A stretch of DNA of 33,516 nt from a virus. The stretch is taken from the UHGV virus genome UHGV-1464328, one strand, 5' to 3'. Below are positions 31,563-33,516 of the stretch, in pieces. The notes under the pieces were generated by a model. The model was not told the DNA's origin. It was given only the letters and a program-made list of their open reading frames with translations, and ran no database searches. Made by a program: the position numbers and the translations under genes. Every line of letters begins with the position of its first letter. Position 1 is the stretch's first letter.

Positions 31563-33516
31563 ATGTTAAAGCTCAAGCGAGAATATACGGTCCAGGAAAT
31601 TCAAGCATCTGAAGACGGTACTTATGAAATCGCTTTTAGTTCTGAAACTCCTGTAGAACGTCAAATTCAAGATGAGTATGGTCAGCCTGTTACAGTTAAT
31701 GAAATTCTTGTCCACGATGGTCCAGAAAATGCAGACCTGACTCGAATTAATAACGGTGCAGCACTTTTGTTTAACCATAATTTTGATAACCATCTGGGTA
31801 TTGTTATTCCTGGTTCTGTCCGAATTGATGCAGACCGTGTTGGTCGTGCAGTGGTTAAATTTAGTAAGCATGGCCAATTAGCTCAAGAAGTACAAGCAAA
31901 AGTCGACGAAGGGACAATTAGTAAAATCTCTTTCGGTTATGACATTAACGAATACGAACTCAAAGGTGATGACCTTATTGTTACTCATTGGGCTCCGTAT
32001 GAAATCTCTTTCGTAACTGTCCCTGCTGACGACAAAGTTGGACTTGGACGGTTAATAAATACATCTGACACAGCTTCTGCTGTAAAAATTTCAAATTCAA
32101 ATAAAGGAAACTCCCGAATGAAACGTTACGAAGAAATGTCTGTTGAAGACATCGTTGAAATGACTATTGAAGATTTAGCAGATATGTCTGTTGAAGATAT
32201 TGAAGCTCTAACTGATGAAGCTCGCGCTAAGCGTGAAGAAATTCTTGAAGAAGACAAAATTGAAGCTGAGCAAGCTGGTGATTCTGCTGTTAATGCAACT
32301 GATGATGCTCCGGCTCAAGCTCCTGCTCAAGATGAACTTTCTGAAGAAGAACGAGAAGAAGAAACCGAAGAAATTCTCGAAGTAGCAGAACGCTATAAAG
32401 TTTCTCAGAAAGAAGTTGCTAAAGCTCTGGCTCGTGGAATGACCGCTCGTCAGTTCAAACGTTCTATTAAACCTAATAAAGCTCCGGCGGTAATTCGTAA
32501 TATGCGCAAAGATAATAAAGAAACTCTCGAAAATCGTTTTGATTTAGGCGAAGCTGTTCGCTCCATGATGTCTGGTAAAGCTGTTCGCGGCGCTGCTGCT
32601 GAATATACTCAGGAAATGACTCGTAAACGTCTGGCTCGTGGTCAGAACGTAAGCACCGGTATCTATCTGCCCGTTAACGCTCTGGCTCAGAATTCTCGTG
32701 CTATCAACACCGTTCCGAGTGTTTCTGCTATCCAAGAAACTGTTCAGCGTTATGACTCTTTCGTTGAAATGCTGTTAAAAGGCACTGTAGCCGATCAGCT
32801 GGGTGTTAATTTCCTGACTGGCCTGACTACTCCGATCTCTGTTCCTAAGCAGACTAAGAGTTCTGTTGATGCATTCGGCTTCGTTGATGAAAACGGTGAA
32901 AGCCCGGAAGGTGAAAGCTCGTTCACCAACATTCAGTTCATGCCGAAAACCTTTACTGGTGGTAACCCGATTTCTCGTCAGGCTCTGCTGACCATGCCTA
33001 ATCTGGGTGCATTCATTTCTGACCATATCGTTAAACATTCTCGCGCTAAGCTGGAAGGTCTGATGTTCGGTTCTGTAACTGATGCCAAAGCTCCAGAAAG
33101 CATCATCGCTCAGCTGGTAGCTCAGAAAATGGGTATGACCTATAAAGAGTTCGTTGTTGAAGCAGCTAAAGCTAAAGGCAATGGCGTTGATATGGCTGCA
33201 TTCAAATATCTGATGCACGCTGCTCTTGAAGGTGATTTGAAAACCACTCTGCGTGATGCTGGTGTTTCTGGTTATATCATCGATGATGAAAACCGTATCG
33301 GTGGTCATGACGTTATCGGTTCTGGTCTGGTTAAAGACGGACAAGTAATCGCTGGTGATTTCTCTGCTGTTACCGTTGCAGAATGGGAAGGTCTGGCTCT
33401 TGACCTGGACGATACTACTTATCGTAATCGTGGTGCTATCGTTCCTCGCGTATGGGCTGATATCGACTGGAAAGTCTGTGCAGATGACCGTCTGTTCCTG
33501 TACGAAAAAGGTACTC
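31563..33516 (+). CDS. Prohead protease (HK97-type) / acidic scaffold-like linker / major capsid protein, one continuous ORF. It is 3'-partial and runs off the window end (at least 651 aa).
   Basis: Translated by hand with no stop in frame 0 to nt 33516. N-terminal 170 aa contain the protease-like YEISFVTVPAD motif. Then EDIEALTDEARAKREEILEEDKIEAEQ...EEEREEETEE. Then the capsid part, with strongly optimal codons (ctg, cgt, ggt). Confidence 0.8.
   Translation, partial: MLKLKREYTVQEIQASEDGTYEIAFSSETPVERQIQDEYGQPVTVNEILVHDGPENADLTRINNGAALLFNHNFDNHLGIVIPGSVRIDADRVGRAVVKFSKHGQLAQEVQAKVDEGTISKISFGYDINEYELKGDDLIVTHWAPYEISFVTVPADDKVGLGRLINTSDTASAVKISNSNKGNSRMKRYEEMSVEDIVEMTIEDLADMSVEDIEALTDEARAKREEILEEDKIEAEQAGDSAVNATDDAPAQAPAQDELSEEEREEETEEILEVAERYKVSQKEVAKALARGMTARQFKRSIKPNKAPAVIRNMRKDNKETLENRFDLGEAVRSMMSGKAVRGAAAEYTQEMTRKRLARGQNVSTGIYLPVNALAQNSRAINTVPSVSAIQETVQRYDSFVEMLLKGTVADQLGVNFLTGLTTPISVPKQTKSSVDAFGFVDENGESPEGESSFTNIQFMPKTFTGGNPISRQALLTMPNLGAFISDHIVKHSRAKLEGLMFGSVTDAKAPESIIAQLVAQKMGMTYKEFVVEAAKAKGNGVDMAAFKYLMHAALEGDLKTTLRDAGVSGYIIDDENRIGGHDVIGSGLVKDGQVIAGDFSAVTVAEWEGLALDLDDTTYRNRGAIVPRVWADIDWKVCADDRLFLYEKGT
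32052..32063 (+). promoter_or_regulatory. Internal late-like motif TTAATAAATACA inside the protease-capsid ORF (encodes R-L-I-N-T). It is 54 nt upstream of an internal RBS and ATG.
   Basis: Exact consensus. The only intragenic copy found. Confidence 0.45.
32118..33516 (+). CDS. Candidate nested in-frame product (scaffold plus major capsid protein without the protease domain), from an internal ATG with RBS AAAGGAAA. 3'-partial.
   Basis: aataaaggaaactcccgaATG at 32103-32120. Codon bias shifts to high-expression codons downstream of this point. Confidence 0.4.
   Translation, partial: MKRYEEMSVEDIVEMTIEDLADMSVEDIEALTDEARAKREEILEEDKIEAEQAGDSAVNATDDAPAQAPAQDELSEEEREEETEEILEVAERYKVSQKEVAKALARGMTARQFKRSIKPNKAPAVIRNMRKDNKETLENRFDLGEAVRSMMSGKAVRGAAAEYTQEMTRKRLARGQNVSTGIYLPVNALAQNSRAINTVPSVSAIQETVQRYDSFVEMLLKGTVADQLGVNFLTGLTTPISVPKQTKSSVDAFGFVDENGESPEGESSFTNIQFMPKTFTGGNPISRQALLTMPNLGAFISDHIVKHSRAKLEGLMFGSVTDAKAPESIIAQLVAQKMGMTYKEFVVEAAKAKGNGVDMAAFKYLMHAALEGDLKTTLRDAGVSGYIIDDENRIGGHDVIGSGLVKDGQVIAGDFSAVTVAEWEGLALDLDDTTYRNRGAIVPRVWADIDWKVCADDRLFLYEKGT

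Noticed and set aside
31566-33344. Minus-strand ORFs 31566..31877, 32544..32735, 32775..33344.
   Set aside because: Antisense to the protease-capsid ORF. That ORF is absent from the track only because it has no stop inside the window. Hand translation confirms an open + frame with capsid-like codon usage.
1-33516. Assignment as a T4-like myovirus, based on the T4-type lysozyme, EndoVII and TATAAATA-like motif.
   Set aside because: No sheath or baseplate wedge genes. The tail genes are lambda/T5-type (tube, G/GT, tape measure, J/L/M, L-shaped fibre). The T4-like elements appear as mosaic modules.

Overview
The window is a module-dense stretch of a tailed dsDNA phage genome. It looks siphovirus-like: it has a tape-measure gene and lambda-type J/L/M tail-tip genes, and no tail-sheath gene. 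It is AT-rich and tightly packed, and its terminator hairpins carry UUCG or GNRA loops.

Gene order, left to right:
- The 3' end of an upstream gene.
- Two small virion genes.
- A lambda-V-like major tail protein with a C-terminal extension.
- A 1364-aa L-shaped or side tail fibre whose C-terminal domain is a peptidase-S74 intramolecular chaperone (SDIRLK motif).
- A second, short tail-tube paralogue.
- A small tail protein.
- A 1392-aa lambda-J-like central fibre with FN3-like repeats and an 11-residue repeat region.
- A membrane-anchored coiled-coil protein overlapping a T4 gp49-like endonuclease VII.
- Small ORFs.
- An opposite-strand island. It carries a large serine recombinase and a co-transcribed Cys-rich tandem-domain protein. 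It is bracketed by inverted, near-identical GGGACC hairpins.
- Lambda-L-like and lambda-M-like tip genes on the minus strand.
- A T4-type lysozyme.
- A G/GT-type tail chaperone pair with a probable -1 frameshift.
- A 754-aa tape measure.
- An accessory cluster containing a periplasmic signal-anchored protein, small Zn-ribbon, HTH and membrane ORFs, and a lambda-Nu1-like small terminase.
- A 1.4-kb non-coding control region with iterons, palindromes and hairpins.
- An HNH endonuclease, the large terminase, a portal, and a long in-frame prohead-protease/scaffold/major-capsid fusion that runs off the window end.

The main non-obvious signals are:
- A T4-late-like motif, TTAATAAATAC(A), sits 18-55 nt upstream of at least 13 start codons, strand-consistently. 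One copy is a palindromic bidirectional version between the lysozyme gene and the M/L-like genes.
- An internal copy of this motif, plus a ribosome-binding site and an ATG, lies inside the protease-capsid ORF. This implies a nested scaffold-capsid product.
- Identical hairpin sites in inverted orientation flank the recombinase island.
- The structured control region appears to contain a non-coding transcript and iterons.

No tRNA, rRNA or CRISPR array was recognised.
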